From positions 66,250,375 to 66,314,374 of the forward strand of contig NC_052151.1 in the NCBI RefSeq assembly GCF_902713615.1: a DNA stretch of 64,000 nucleotides, read 5' to 3'. Numbering within the stretch: position 1 is the stretch's first letter; each line of letters opens with the position of its first letter. The notes under the pieces are model-generated. The model worked only from the letters and a program-made list of their open reading frames with translations, did not search any database and had not been told where the DNA came from. Source of the DNA: Scyliorhinus canicula (taxonomy: Eukaryota). Positions 13,601 through 27,420 of this stretch are shown piece after piece. A program made the position numbers and the translations under genes.

Positions 13601-14149
13601 GGTTTTAAATTGGGAGGCAACAGGATTGACAGGGTTCTCTATTCGTTTTGCAGACTCCCCACCTGACTTTGCAAAGGCTATGCAAGCTATAATAATCAAA
13701 GAAACTTGGGCTATTCTAATCTCATTCTAGAGGAAGATCTGTTACACTGACTGTCCGACAAGTGAAGAAAGATGGAAGCAAAACTGAAACATTTCTATAG
13801 AATACACAAATAATTTGAAAAACTGCAACATACTGGTGCAATTGTATATTTGGCTGACAATGAGGCATTCTAGCCTGTTACAAGAGAGAGTGTGTTTTGG
13901 TAGAGTCCATTGGCAACACTTCTATACAACACTTAACTAGTCCATATGACATGTTTCTGCTGTTTTGCTGAACCCATTAGTCCACTTAAAATAAACAGAT
14001 TAATGCTATTAAAATAGCAGTTTGCGGTTTGCTTTCGGAGCGCAGCTCCTTCTTCAGGTGACTGGAGACTAAAATAGCAGAGTGAGGAATGTCATGATTG
14101 TTTAAACTCAGATCTATTTTGTTTTTATTGAGCCATAGAAGAACATGAA

Positions 14150-14285
14150 ATATCTCAGCACGGCCCGAGGACGGAGCCTGGAACCACCCCCCCCCCCCCC
14201 ACCCCCCCCCCCCCCCCCCGCGTACCGGCAGACGACGGCTCGCGTACTGGCACCGGTACGCATACCACACTTTGAGAAGCACTGG
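14150..14285 (-). mobile_element. hAT/Charlie-type MITE fragment
   Basis: Minus-strand terminus CAGTGCTTCTCAAAGTGTGGT is a typical hAT-Charlie TIR. Confidence 0.55.
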
Positions 14286-14292
14286 TCTAAAC

Positions 14293-14352
14293 CATACACA
14301 CACACAAGCACACACACACACTGATACACACATACAGATACACACAAGCGCA
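14293..14352. repeat. Imperfect (CA)n microsatellite
   Basis: Seen directly. Confidence 0.85.
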
Positions 14353-14720
14353 CATGCATTAATAGTCTGAACTCTTTCTAACTGATTAAACACTAGAAGT
14401 GACAGTATTAAATGCAACTCCATTATTTAAGGTAGGTACAAGAGAGGGAAAGGTTTTGAAATCGATAACTGGGGACAGAGTGATTGAGTACTTACAGCAC
14501 TTGTGCTGATTAGAAATATCCTAAAGGTTATGTCTCATGAACATAATTGAGTTTCTGATGAAGTAACTAAAGTAATGGACAGGGAGCGCCGAAAGATGTA
14601 GTTCAAATGCACTTCAAGAAGACATTGGATAAAGTTCTGCATAAGTGAATGTTAGCCAAAATTAACATTTGTGGAATTGAAGGCAAATTACTCATCCACT
14701 TCAGAGATTAGTTTAGGTTG

Positions 14721-15614
14721 TGTCATGCTGACATCATGTTATGAACTTTCAGACAATACTTTGATAAGTTGGACACAGACAAGCTGTTAAAATGACTGCT
14801 ACAAATCATGTGACTATTGGCATTTGGGCTACAGACAGTGGCAAATCTCAGGTGAATACTTAATTATATATAGACATTCACAGCCATCCGGGGAATTCAC
14901 ACATTTCTTTGTTTAAGGATGTTCCAGTGCAAAAACATTATGGAATTTCCAGACTGCCTGACTCCATGTTTCACACTGGACAAAAGGGAAGATTGAAACT
15001 CAATTTGGGATTAGTAAGTAAATGGCATCTGTCTCACAATGTCTCCCCATCCAAACTAGACTGGGTGGACCTTAGAGGTGTCAACCCACAACACGGATGT
15101 GGAATCTTATTTGGAAAAGACCTTGAACTTGTGAAAAGCCACATGGTGAGATAGCCATGTTGTCCTTTGCCTATTTAGAGAAGATCAGTTAAGGGCTGTT
15201 TGCAGGCGCATCCAGAAAAGCCATCAGTTCCATCGATTCAACCAGTCTGTGAACCAGATTCAGAAACACGTGACATTACTCCCATTCAATAAAGACAGTT
15301 TGGACTGGACTAGATCGGAGATTGTAAATCAGAGACTGAGAAAACAGCAATCTGGAAAAGTGCATTAACTTTATCTGTCTCAAATCTTTATGTGTATGGT
15401 GCAAGAGTGAGATTAAGTGTGTGTGACATTGCATTTAATTTGGGGTAAGTGTCTAAGAATAAATAACCTTCTTTAGTTTTTAAACTCACAAAGGTTTGCG
15501 GCTGAATAAGGCCATTGGAATCTGCTCTCCAAGGTTAAAAAAAGACACACCTCTTTCCATATAAATCATACTGATCATGGGCAGTAAGAGAGCACAAACG
15601 TTCTGTCTGTAACA
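14721..15614 (+). mobile_element. Solo LTR (894 bp) inserted in an old CR1 RT remnant (14410-14720, 15615-15800)
   Basis: TGTCATG...GTAACA termini; perfect 4-bp TSD GTTG; AATAAA near 15460; CR1-like sequence resumes on both sides. Confidence 0.75.
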
Positions 15615-15849
15615 GTTGCAGAATACAGAGAAGGGATAAAGGGTCTGGACTGAATGGAAGTGATTACTGGTGTATCAGAAGGAATTGTGCTGGGTCCTCA
15701 ACAATCCATTAAATGTATAAATGACTTAAATAACACACTGGAGAGCCATATATCCAAGTTTACTTTGAAACAAAGATTGATCATATTGTAAGTAGTATAA
15801 TATATATAGCGTAGAGAGGAACATAAAATTACAAAAAGACAACGGGTAC

Positions 15850-16460
15850 GATTTAACCGGAAAAAAAATCTATGTCCTGTTTTGGGAGTGTTTAGCGGGG
15901 TGTTTCTCAGTGGCTGCAGTGTCAAGAAACACCCCATTATTTAACGGCACTTTGTTGGTATTTTTGGCCTCGTGGAGTGAGAAAGCTGTGCTCAGAGTAA
16001 TTTGGGCACCATTTTGACTGACTGCCCAGATCTCCTCCCCCCTTTTAAACCCCACCCTCGCCTCCCTCCCAACCTCGGGGTGACCCCAGGAACACCCCCG
16101 CTCCACCTGGCACCATGGTGGTGCCCCTGCCAGCCCGGTAGTGTTGCCTTGGCCCACCACGCCAAGTTCACATTTGGCAATACCTGTAATAATCCATGTC
16201 CATGTGATTCCTAACCCAGAGGACCGGAGAATCACGACGGCCCAGAGAATCTGGTGCCGGCCCACTAAGTGGATCAAAATGGGTCATTAGGTCCCATTTG
16301 CATCCACTGCCATCCTCCCGCTGATGCGTGGGCAAGTATCCTGATCCGGGTGGCAGCGGGCGGCCTGAACATCGCAATCTCGATTTTCCCCGACATCCGA
16401 TTCTCCACCACATCAGGGACCCGCACCAGTGGCAGGCGGCAAAGAATTTAATCCAGTTTC
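15850..16460. mobile_element. Harbinger-type non-autonomous element
   Basis: GC-rich body with subterminal motifs shared with 11420-11900. Confidence 0.45.
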
Positions 16461-16799
16461 TTTTTGAGAGTCCTTGGATTTTTAATGACAGACTTTCTGC
16501 TACATAGATATATTCCCAATCAAACATTCCATTTATCAGCTCCCAAAAACCTAGACATAGAGTACCACAGGATGCAATACTCATTCTGACTAGCTTGCAT
16601 GCAGCAATTGATAACAAAATAGATCTTTTTGAAGATACTATGTGAAAGGCAGAAATTGACTCGTCTTTTACAGCAAACTGGTGTGGGTAAGACTGCATTA
16701 ATGAAGCAACAGTGTTGTAAAGGGATTGATTTGCATGAGATTACAAACATAAATTAGCCTCTTGCAGTTTTTGCCTGAGAGTACCAATCTCTAGTTAAA

Positions 16800-17372
16800 T
16801 GAGGAAGAAGCAGGTGCTGTGGATAAAGGGGAACCGGTGGATGTACTGTACTTAGATTTTCAGAAGGCATTTGATCAGGTACCGCATCTCAGGTTCAGGT
16901 TATTGGGGAAAATCAAAGCTCATGGTGTTGGGGGTAACATGTATGTATTGAAGATTGGCTAGCTAACAGGAATTAGAGTAAACATAAATGGACCATTTTC
17001 TGGTTGGCTCGATGTGACAAGTGATGTGCTACAGGGATCAGTGCTGGGACGTCATCTCTTTACAGTTTATCTAAATTATTTGGATGAAAGAACAAATAGT
17101 ATGGTTGCTAAATTTGCTGCTGACACAAAGACAGGTAGGAATATAAGTAGTGAAGAGGACATAAGAAGGCTGCCAAAGGACATAGATATGTTAAGTGAGT
17201 GGGGAACGTTCTAGAAATTGAGTACAATGTGGAAAAATGTGAGGTTGTTCATTTTGGCAGGACAAGTAAAAATTAGCGTGTTATCTAAATGGTGAGAGAA
17301 TGCAAAGCTCTGAGATGCAGAGGGATTGGGATGTCCTGGTGTAATAATCGCAAAAGATTATTATGCAGGTAC
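16800..17372 (+). mobile_element. CR1 RT fragment (piece 1 of a split copy)
   Basis: VLYLDFQKAFD, QGSVLG, AKFAADTK motifs. Confidence 0.85.
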
Positions 17373-17489
17373 AGTAACACACAATGTTCACACCATTTGT
17401 GACTCCTCAGATACTGAAGCACTCCAAGTCCAAACACAGTGCATTGCAGGAACACACCAAGGTTCCTTAGGAAGCACCTTCCACAGCAG

Positions 17490-20400
17490 GTCGAGAGGGG
17501 TGGACGGTGGGGAGATTGTTGCGACGTGGTAGGGGGTGAGAGATGGCATGGTGAGGGAGCGGGGTGGGCTAGGTATAGGGTGGAATTAAGAGGTCGAGAG
17601 TTAAGCGGGGAAGGTGACAGACGGTAGAGGGGATGGAGGCATAAGCCTCCAGTAGGGCTGGTAACGTGGAACGTCCGGGGACTGAATGGGGCAGTTAAAA
17701 GGTTGCGGGTGCTCACACAGCTCAGGAGCCTGAAAGCGGGGGTGTTCTTTATGTAGAAAAATCACCTCCGTGTGAAGGACCAGGTTAGGTAAAGGAAGGG
17801 GTGGGTCGTGCAGGTTTTTCACTCGTTTGATTTGAAATCGAGGGAGCGGCGATTTTAATGAGCAAACAAATGGGGTTTGTGAGTGAGAAGGAGGTGAGGG
17901 ATCCAGGTGGGAGATATGTGATTGTGAGCAGGGTATTGGAAGGGGCACCCGTGGTGTTGATAAATGCCCCAAATCGGGATGATGTGGGTTTTATGAGGGG
18001 GGTTGCTGGCAGCGATCCCGGATTTGGTCACACACGAGTTGATCGTGGGAGGAGATTTTAACTGTTCTGGAACTGAGGTCGATGTTTAGGGCATGAATGG
18101 CAAGAGAGCTGGGGGGGGGGGGGGGGTTTATGGAGAGAATGAGCATGGTGGATCCATGGCGCTTTCAGAATCCAGGGGGAAGGGAGTATTCCTTCTTTTC
18201 AAATGTCTATAACGTGTATTCGACGATTTTTCACTTTGTAGAGAGTCGGAGATTTTGGTTGGGGTGGAGGGGGCAGAGTATGCGGGGATAGTTTTATAAG
18301 GAATTTGCGACGGATCTGACACCACATCTGTTGGGGGCATTTACTGAAGCACTGGAAAAGGGGGAGTTGCTGGAGACGATGACGCTGGAAGTAATCACAC
18401 TAATCCTAAGAAAGGGGAAGGACCCGATGGAATGTGGGTCATATAGGCCCATATCACTGTTGAACACGGATATGAAAGTATTGGCTAAGTTGTTGGCGCG
18501 GAGGATGGAGGATTGTGTCCTGGGGGTGGTTGCAGAAGATCAACCAGGCTTCGTGAAGGGCAGGCAGCTCACGAGTAATATAAGACGGCTGTTGAATGTG
18601 GTGATGAATCCGTCGAGGGCTCTGGTACCAGAGGTGGTGGTGTCCATGGACGCAGAGAAGGCATTTTATCGGATGGAGTGGTGGTACTTGTTCGAGGTTT
18701 TGGGAAGGTTTGGGTTTGACCCGAGATTTGTGGCATGGGTGCGGTTGCTGTCTGTGACACCAAGGGCGAGGGTGAGGACGAATGATATGAGCTCACAAAG
18801 CTTTGACTTACACAGGGGAACGAGGCAGGGGTGCCCGCTGTTGCCATTGCTGTTTGCGCTGCCATAGAGCCGTTGGCGATGGCTCTGAAGGGATTGGTGT
18901 AGTGGCAGGGTATTATGAGGCGACAGAGGGAGCATCGGGTGTTGCTCTCTGTCGATGACCTCTTGCTGAATGTTTCGGATCCATTGGAAAGGATAATGGG
19001 CCTGCAGGGGAGGTTTGGAGGGTTCTCGGGGTACAAACTGAATGTAGGGAAAAGCGAGGTATTCCCGGTGAATGAGCTGGGACAGCGGGCTAATTTAGAG
19101 GGGATGCCATTGATGGTAGCGAGGGATAGGTTTAGTTATTTGGGGATTCAGGGAGCGAGGGAATGAACGGGGGTCCATAAGTGGAACTTAATGAAGCTGG
19201 TGGAGAAGGCAAGGGAGGATCTTAGGAGGTGGGATACACTGCACTTGATGTTGGCGGGGAGGGTCCAAGTGGTGAAAATGAATATTCTGCCGAGGTTCTT
19301 GTTTATCTTTCTGGCTCTCCCGATCTTTATACCAAAGGCCTTTTTCGGAAAGTGGACACGATCATTTCGGGCTTTGTATGAGCGGGGAAGGTGCCGAGGG
19401 TAGGGAGGACCCTGCTACAGAGGCAGCAAGTGGGGTTGGCATTGCCGAACATGCTTCATTTTTATTGGGCGGCGAATGTGGACAAGATGCGGCGGTGGTG
19501 GGAAGGAGAAGGGGTAGAGTGGGTTAGGATGGAGGAGGAATCTTGCAAGGGGTTTTGTTTGAGAGCTATGGTGACTGCAGCATTGCCAATAGCTCCGAGT
19601 AAGTATTCAGGGAGCCCGGTGGTGCAGTCCACAGTGGAGATAGGGAATCAGCTGAGGAGGTATTTTAGGGTGGAAGGGATGTCGGTGCTAACGCCGCTGT
19701 GCGAGAATCATGGGTTTGAGCCGGGGGGAATGGATAGTGTATACAGGAGTTAGAGGGAAAAGTGGTGCTGGCCAAGGTGAGGAATCTGTATTTGGAGGAA
19801 GGGTTCGCCAGTCTGGAGGAGCTAAGGGAGAGGGTAGAGCTGCCAAGAGGGAGTGAGTTCAGGTATCTGCAGGTTAGGGAGTTTGCGCGAAAATCTCGAG
19901 GGGGTTCCATAGGTTGCCGGGATAAACCTTGCTGGAGCGACTGCTGCTCTGCTGCTTCTGGATGTGGAAGGGAAGAGAAGAATTGGGGATATAAAAAAGT
20001 GGCTGGGGGAGCAAGGAGGCGAGTGAGTGGCGAAGATCAAGGAGAAATGGGAAGCGGAGTTGGGAGGGGAGATCAATTGTGGAGTATGGAGTGAGGCACT
20101 GCGTAGGGTTAACGTGACCTCCACTTGTGCAATTTTAGCCTCATACAGTTTAAGGTGGTGCACAGGGTGCATATGACTCGGGTGAGAATGAGTTGGTTCT
20201 TTCAGTGGGTAGCAGATGAGTGTGAGAAGTATGGGCGGGGGCCAGTGAATCACGCGCACATGTTTTGGTGTTGCGAAAAATTGGGAAGATTCTGGGCGGG
20301 AGGGTTCACGGTCTTAGCCAGGATAGTGGAGGAGGGAGTGGACCCGGACCCTTTGGTGGCGATATTTGGGGTCTCAGAGAAGCCGGAGTTCATGGAGAGG

Positions 20401-20770
20401 AGGAAGGCCGATGTGATAGCCTTCGCCTCTCTGATTGCACGGCGGTGAATTTTGCTGGAGTGGCGGTCGTCATCGCCACTAGGGGTAGCGGCTTGGTTGG
20501 GTGACCTGTACGAATTCCTGTGATTCGCGAAGATAAAGTATGAGCTAAGGGGCTCAGCAGGGGGGGGGTTGAGAAAAGGTGGGGGATGTTTGTGACTGTG
20601 TTTGAGAGGCTGTTCGATGCAGGCGAGATGGGGGAAGTGGGGGAGGGTGAAAAAGGTGAAAGATCTGGACAGACTGTATAGTTGATTGTTGGGAAGTATG
20701 TTTCCCGGGGTGTTTATTTGCTGTAACCTGTTTTGATACATGATTGTAATCAAATACATTTTTTAAAAAA
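17490..20770 (+). mobile_element. L1-clade LINE ORF2 (APE endonuclease, RT, C-terminal Cys/His motif), frameshifted, with 3' UTR
   Basis: VTWNVRGLNG (EN); GSYRPISLLNTD, DAEKAF, RGTRQGCPL, VDDLLL (RT); CEKYGRGPVNHAHMFWCC; A-rich end near 20765. Confidence 0.9.
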
Positions 20771-21508
20771 GGATCTGGAATTCTGCTTGTAAGATGAAGC
20801 TTCAGCACACTTGGAAACCTGGTGGAAGTGTATCTCGAAAGGGAAGATTGAAATCCAGCCAGGCGGATCATTGTCGAAGACATCCCAGTGGGTCTGACTT
20901 TCAGAGAGAATCCAAAGCATGATCTTCAATTGTGGAGATTGGAAACCCTTCTGAGAAAGATGACGTTTCAGAGAGATTGTTGGGCTCACAATGTGACAAA
21001 TGTCTGGGTGGATTTTTTGCAAAATTCAACAAATCAGGATTGATCACATCTGTCATTTATTGTTTAGCGTGGTATGTTCGACCACAGTTCACCTGTTAAC
21101 TTATCCTGAATGTTAGAGCATAAGATAGATATTGTGGATTGCTTTATCTTTTTGAACTTGTATAGTAAAGTTTATTTTTATTTCTTCCAAGAAAAAGGAA
21201 GCAAGTTCCATGACCACTAGCGTCTGGAAGGACAAGAGCCGCAGACAATTTAAACACCACCACCTGAAGGTTCTCCACCAAATTAATTACAACCCTGAGA
21301 TATCGTAGTTCCTTTATTGTCATTTGGGCCAAAATCTTGGCGTTCCCTCCCTAAAGGAACCGGGGCGCCCCTGCACCTCAGGGACCGCAGCAGTTCCAGA
21401 AGGCAGCTCACCACCTTCTGAAGTGCAACTGGGAAAGGGCAAGAAACGCTGGCCTAGCTGGCCTAGCTGGCCTAGTGTGCCCACATCCCAAAAATGAATT
21501 TTGAAAAG

Positions 21509-21830
21509 TAATTAAGAAAGCTGATAGAATGTTATTGTATATTGTGAGGGAATTGAATACAAGAGTAAGGAAGTTATGCTTCAGTTATGCAGGCCATTGG
21601 TGAGGCCACATCTGTGTACAGTGATGGGCTCCTTATTTAAGAAAAGATGAAATCCATTGGAAGCAGTTCAGATATTTTACCGGATAAATATCTGGAATGG
21701 TAGGGTTGTCCTGTGAGGAAAGGCTGGACAGATTTGGTTTGTATCCACTGGAGTTTAGAAGAGTAAGAGGCAACTTGACTGAAACATTTAAGATCCTGAG
21801 AGGACTTGACAGGGTCGATGTGGAGAGGAT
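21509..21830 (+). mobile_element. CR1 fragment (piece 2 of split copy)
   Basis: VIKKADRML...LVRPHL...GLYPLEFRRVRGNLTETFKIL continues where 17372 stops. Confidence 0.75.
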
Positions 21831-21854
21831 GGGCACTCAAGCGAGTCTACAACG

Positions 21855-23000
21855 GTGCCGGAGATTGTCAGGAGAGGCCTCCAGCGAGCGTCAGGAGATT
21901 TTCCGAAGTCCCGCGAGACGTCGGAGTCGGAAGTCTGCCCTAAATGGGCAGGACAGAATGATGCTTGTGGAAGTAGCTTGGAAATCTATTTACAACCTAT
22001 CTGTGGGGGTCCACCGGCCTCCTTAGATTCTCCGGCCTCCCCAGGGAGGCTGCAGCCAGGAGCCAAACATGGACCAGGCGGAATGGCACTCGGTGGGGGG
22101 GCAAGGAGGGGAGGGGGGGGGGGGGGGGGGGGGGGAGTGTCTCCCGGGCCATCGGAGATCCCTGGGTGGTCAGGGCAATTTCAAGGTGGCCCCCTGGCCC
22201 TCTCCTTGGAATGTGGGCTTCTTGGCTCTGCCTGGATGGCACTGCCAAGCCGGCAGGGGCACTGCCTGGGCTCCAGGGTGGCAGTGCAAGGGTGCCTGAG
22301 TGCCAGGGTGGCACTGCCAAGGGTCAAGGGCTGAGGGGGGACATGCGCATGAAATGAGAGTGGAGGGGGTAGGTTTGAAGATTACAGGAGTGCAGGGCAT
22401 GTAAGTTGGGACCTCGGAGGTGGGCGGGTGAGAGCTAGAGGTTAATGGAAGAGAGGCTGCTATAAGGGGGCTTGGGTGGGCTAAACCAGTGAGAAACTCC
22501 CCAGGGCCCAAAAAAAGGTGACAAAGTGCCATTGAATAGCGATAGGGGCGAATCCTCTGATCCTGAGGCTAAGTGTTGACACCGTTGTAAACGCCATTGC
22601 GTTTTACAATGGCGTCAACAGGCCGCCAGGAGTAGCGATCCTACACCGCACAGGGGGCCAGCATTGCACTGGAGCGACTCACTCAGCTCCAGCTGCTGAT
22701 ACTAGTGTCAAACGCGCGCCGCGTGTCTGCGCATGCGCGCTGCGACTGGCGCAAACTCGCGCATGAGCGCTAGTTCCCTTCTCTGCAGAATAAAAGAGGC
22801 CCCCACCAGGAGAAACCAGCCCGCCGATTGGTAGGCCCCGATCACGGGCCAGGCCACATTGAAGGCTGCCCCCCCGGGGTCATACCCCCTCCCCCCCACT
22901 TGGCCGCCCCCCGCAGGATGTATGCCAATGTCCCGCCGGGTTAGGCCACATGTGAACGACGCCGTCTGGACTCGGCCTATCTCGGCGGCCACTCGACCCA
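21855..23000. mobile_element. Two adjacent Harbinger-type MITE fragments
   Basis: GC-rich; second begins GGGGCGAATCCTC...CTAAGTGTTGAC, like the Harbinger left end at 55292/56032. Confidence 0.55.
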
Positions 23001-23134
23001 TCCCTCAAATGGGAGTAGATCCTGTCTCGAAGAATTCCCGTACCAGCCTCCCCGAACAGGCGGCGGAATGTGGTGACTAGGGGCTTTTCACAGTAACTTC
23101 ATTTGAAGCCTACTTGTGACAATAAGCGGAAAAA

Positions 23135-26100
23135 AAATTCTCTCCAGTAATTTCCCTACCACTGACGTAAGGCCTGTAGTTCCCTGGATTATCCTTGCTA
23201 CCCTTCTTAAACAAACGGTATTCTCCAGTCCTTCGGGACATCACCTGAAGACAGTGAGGATCCAAAGATTTTTGTCAAGGCCTCAGCAATTTCCTCTCTA
23301 GCCTCCTTCAATATTCTGGAGTAGATCTGATTGGGCCCTGCGGACTTATCTACATTAATATTTTTCAAGATGCCCAACACTTCATCTTTATGGATCTCAA
23401 TGTGACCCAGGCTATCTACACACCCTTCTCCAGACTCAACATCCGCCAATTCCTTCTCTTTGGCGAATATTGATGTAAAGTATTAATTTGGTACCTCGCC
23501 CATTTCCTCTGGCTCCACACAGAGATTCCCTTGCCTGTCATTCAGTGGGCCAACCCTTTCCCTGGCTACCCTCTTGCTTTTTATGTATGTGTAAAACGAC
23601 TTCGGATTTTCCTTAACCCTATTTGCCAATGACGTTTCGTGACCCCTTTTAGCCCTCCTGACTCCTTGCTTAAGTTCCTTCCTACTTTCCTTATATTCCA
23701 CACAGGCTTCGTCTGTTCCCAGATTTCTAGTCCTGATAAATGCCTCCTTTTTCTTTTTGACGAGGCCTACAATATCTCTCGTTATCCAAGGTTCGCGAAA
23801 TTTACCGTATTCATCCTTCTTCCGCACAGGAACATGCCGGTCCTGAATAACTTTCAACTGACATTTGAAAGCCTCCCACATGTCAGATGTTGATTTACCT
23901 TCAAACACCCACCCCAATCTAGATTCTTCAGTTCCCGCCTAATATTGTTATAATTAGCCTTCCCCTAATTTAGCACATTCACCCAAGAACCACTCTGATC
24001 CTTGTCCACCAGCACTTTAAAACTTACTGAATTGTGGTCACTGTTCCTGAAATGGTCCCCTACTGAAACTTCTACAACCTGGCTGGGCTCATTCCCCAAT
24101 AACAGGTCCAGTACAGCCCCTTCCCTAGTTGGACTGTCTACATATTGTTTTAAGAAGCCCTCCTGGATGCTCCTTACAAACTCTGCCCCGTCCAAGCCCC
24201 TAGCACTAAGTGAGTCCCAGTCAATATTGGGGAAGTTGAAGTCTCCCATCACAACAACCCTGTTGCTTTTACTCCTTTCCAAAATCTGTCTACCTAGCTG
24301 CTCCTCTATATCCCGCTGGCTGTTGGGAGGCCTGTAGTAAACCCCCAACATTGTGACTGCACCCTTCTTATTCCTGATCTCTACCCATATAGACTCGCTG
24401 CCCTCTGAGGTGGCTTCCCGCAGTACAGCTGTTATATTCTCCCTAACCAGTAGCGCAACTCCGCCACCCCTTTTACATCCCCCTCTATCCCGCCTGAAAC
24501 ATCTAAATCGTGGAACGTTTAACTGCCAATCCCTCAACCAGGTCTCTGTAATGGCAACAACATCATAGTTCCAAGTACTAATCCAAGCTCTTGGTTCATC
24601 TGCCTTACTCGTTATACTTCTTGCATTAAAACATATGCACTTCAGGCCACCAGACCCATTGTTTTCAGCAACATCTCCCTGTCTGCTCCCCCTCAGGGCT
24701 ATACTGGCCCAATTCCCTAGTTCTCCGTCAATGCTTTCACCTTCTGACCTATTGCTCCGGTACCCACCCTCCTGCCATACTAGTTTAAACCCTCCCGTGT
24801 GACACTAGCAAACCTCGCGCCCAGGATATTTATGCCTCTCCAGTTTAGATGCAACCCTTCCTTCTTATACAGGTCACACATGCACCGGAAGAGCTCCCAG
24901 TGGTCCAGATAACAGAAACCTTCCCTCCTACACCAGCTGTTTAGCTGCTCTATCTTCCTATTCCTAGCCTCACTGGCATGTGGCACAGGGAGTAATCTCG
25001 AGATTACAACCCTAGAAGTTCTGTCTTTTAACTTTCTGCCTAGCTCCCTGAACTCCTGCTGCAGGACCTCATGCCCTTTCCTGTCTATGTCGTTAGTACC
25101 AATATGTACAACGGCTTCTGCCTGTTTGCCCTCCCCATTCAGGATGCCCGCGACCCGTTATGAGACATCCTGGATCCTGGCACCGGGTAGGCAACATACC
25201 ATCCTAGAGTCTCTTTCACGTCCACAAAGTCCCTATCTGTGCCCCTGACTATAGAGTCCCCTATAACTATTGCTCTTCTGCTCTTTGACCCTCCCTGCTG
25301 AACATCAGAGCCAGCCGTGGTGCCACTGCTCTGGCTGCTGCTGTTTTCCCCTGATAGGCTATTCCCCCCAACAGTATCCAAAGTGGTATGCCTGTCTGAG
25401 AGGGGGACAACCACAGGGGATTCCTGCATTGACTGCCTGCCCCTTCTGGTGGTCACCCATCTCTCTGCCTGCACCTTGGGTGTGACCACGCCTCTATAAC
25501 TCCTATCTATGATGCTTTCCACCACCTGCATCCTCCTAAGTGCTGCTCCAACCGAACCACGCAGTCTGTGAGGAGCTGCCATTCGTTACACTTGCTGCAG
25601 ATGTAGTCGGCCGGGATGCTGGAAGCGTCACAGATCTGCCACATCTCACTGTTGGAGCACTGTACCCCGCTGAGTGACATTTACGCACTAATTACTTAAT
25701 TTGAAATAAACACTTGAATTATTGTTAGATTGAGTTACAATTAACTATATGGCCCTGATGCTAGATGATTTCTACTGTAAAATTAAATGCTAAATACCAA
25801 TCACTGCCCTCAGGTTTAGCTACTTCACTATCTAGTTAATCAATTCAATTTGTTTTGCCATATACATTTTTAAAATAAATTTAACAGATTCCCAACCAGC
25901 CAATCAGGTCACAGCTTTACTGTGATGTCACTTACAGTCCACCCCCACCCCCCCCACACACACAATTTGAAAAGGTAATAAAAATAAAATTAAAATAAAA
26001 ACCACTAACCTTCCCAGGACGCTCTCTGGTTCTCTCCCTGCAGATTAATAGTTACAGGCCAGAAGAAAGAGAACAAAACGGTAGGGAAAAAGCACCTTCT

Positions 26101-26190
26101 CCCACTCTGCACCAAATTATCTCACTGCATCAAATTACCAAGTCCCAATTCCCACTCTGGATGTGTCTACTTCACCTGCGCCAAGCTTCA
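23135..26190 (-). mobile_element. CR1 LINE 5' half: 5' UTR, ORF1 (zinc-finger/leucine-zipper plus SGNH esterase) and ORF2 endonuclease; 3'-truncated
   Basis: ORF1 from ATG 25680 MSLSGVQC...YICSKC...RLEQ; RAIVIGDSIVRGTDR and HIGTNDI (esterase); EN motifs VAITETW, GVYYRPPN, GDFNFPNIDW, SDHNSV; ends near NYR at ~23170. Confidence 0.9.
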
Positions 26191-26209
26191 GCTAATCAGA
26201 CACTAAGCT

Positions 26210-26515
26210 AGAATCTAGAACTCGGGGCTGAAGGATCGCTCATTTAAGACATAGATGAAGAAAAATAAATTCTCTCAGAGGTTTGTCAGATTTTGGAATT
26301 CCCTTCCTCAAAATACTATCTTTAAGGCAGAAATAGATTGATTCTTGATAAAAAATAAGGGGTGAAAGGTTACCGGGAGCAGGTAGGAATGTGAAGATGA
26401 GGTTAAAATTAGATCTACCATGCTCTTATTGTTTGGCGGAGCAGGCTCAAGGGGTCGAGTGGCTCTATTGCTAACTTTCATGTTCAGATGTTTGTACATT
26501 TGTAGGTTTGTATGC
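26210..26515 (+). mobile_element. CR1 3' end (piece 3 of split copy)
   Basis: ESRTRG...LWNSLPQ-type end plus tail GGAGCAGGCTCAAGGGGTCGAGTGGC; follows on from 21830. Confidence 0.65.
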
Positions 26516-26581
26516 TTAAGTTTGAAGCATTTCTAGTGAATCACGAAAAATGGGGCCACGCAGGAAAAAGGAGAAAACCTG

Positions 26582-27420
26582 TGTAGCCATCTGGGATGGC
26601 CACTTCCAGAATACAAAATGGATGTTTGCAAAGACTATAGGGAATTATGGACAATGCTAAGAAAGCAGGCAGGCACAGAGCCTGTATGCGTATTGGAACC
26701 TCAGCCCCCAGACGAGACTGAGACTGTAAGGCAATTAGCATATTGATGGCACATCTCCGGGAACAAAGGAATGACATTCAAATAACCGAAACTATAGCAG
26801 ACATCCCGGCGCCAGAAAGACACAAACAAAGCAAGGCCAACAACCACCTAAAACACGCCCAGCCATCAGGGCACCCACCCCTTTACTGGTCAAGATCAAT
26901 ACGAGTGATCAAGATACGGCTAAGTTCAAGGCCCGCCCAAAAGCGCGTGAAGCCCCTTCAGATATAAGAAGCCCCCGAGAGAGAATTGCTCTCTTGGACT
27001 CGGCTCTTGAAGCAGAGAGACCCGTCTGCCGGCTGCACCAGAAGCAAGTAAATCCAAGGTCAACGCTCGGCATCAGATGGACGACCTTAGCTGTTCTCCT
27101 GTTACCTCTTCGTACCCAGCAGCCTCAGATCCGAACAATGGCCATTGTTCCTCTGACTGAGTGGGCACCCGAAGTTAAGTATAGGCGTTAGCGTTAGAGA
27201 TAGTTTAGTTTATGGTATTTTGTGCATGAGTAGATATTACTGTGTCTGTAAATAAATAGGATTGACTTTGAACTAACTAACTGGTGCATTGGTTCTTTGA
27301 TCAGAATTCGGGTTTGAACCTTGTGGCGGTAACGAAAGATACCTGGCGACTCTAGAGCAAACATAATTAGGATTAAGGAAAGCGACAATATTGACCGCTG
27401 TATTTATAACCAGATAAACT
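26582..27420 (+). mobile_element. LTR (ERV/Gypsy-like), right end non-canonical
   Basis: Starts TGTAGCC; TATA-like GATATAAG ~26961; AATAAA ~27251; bracketed by an identical 53-bp direct repeat. Confidence 0.6.
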
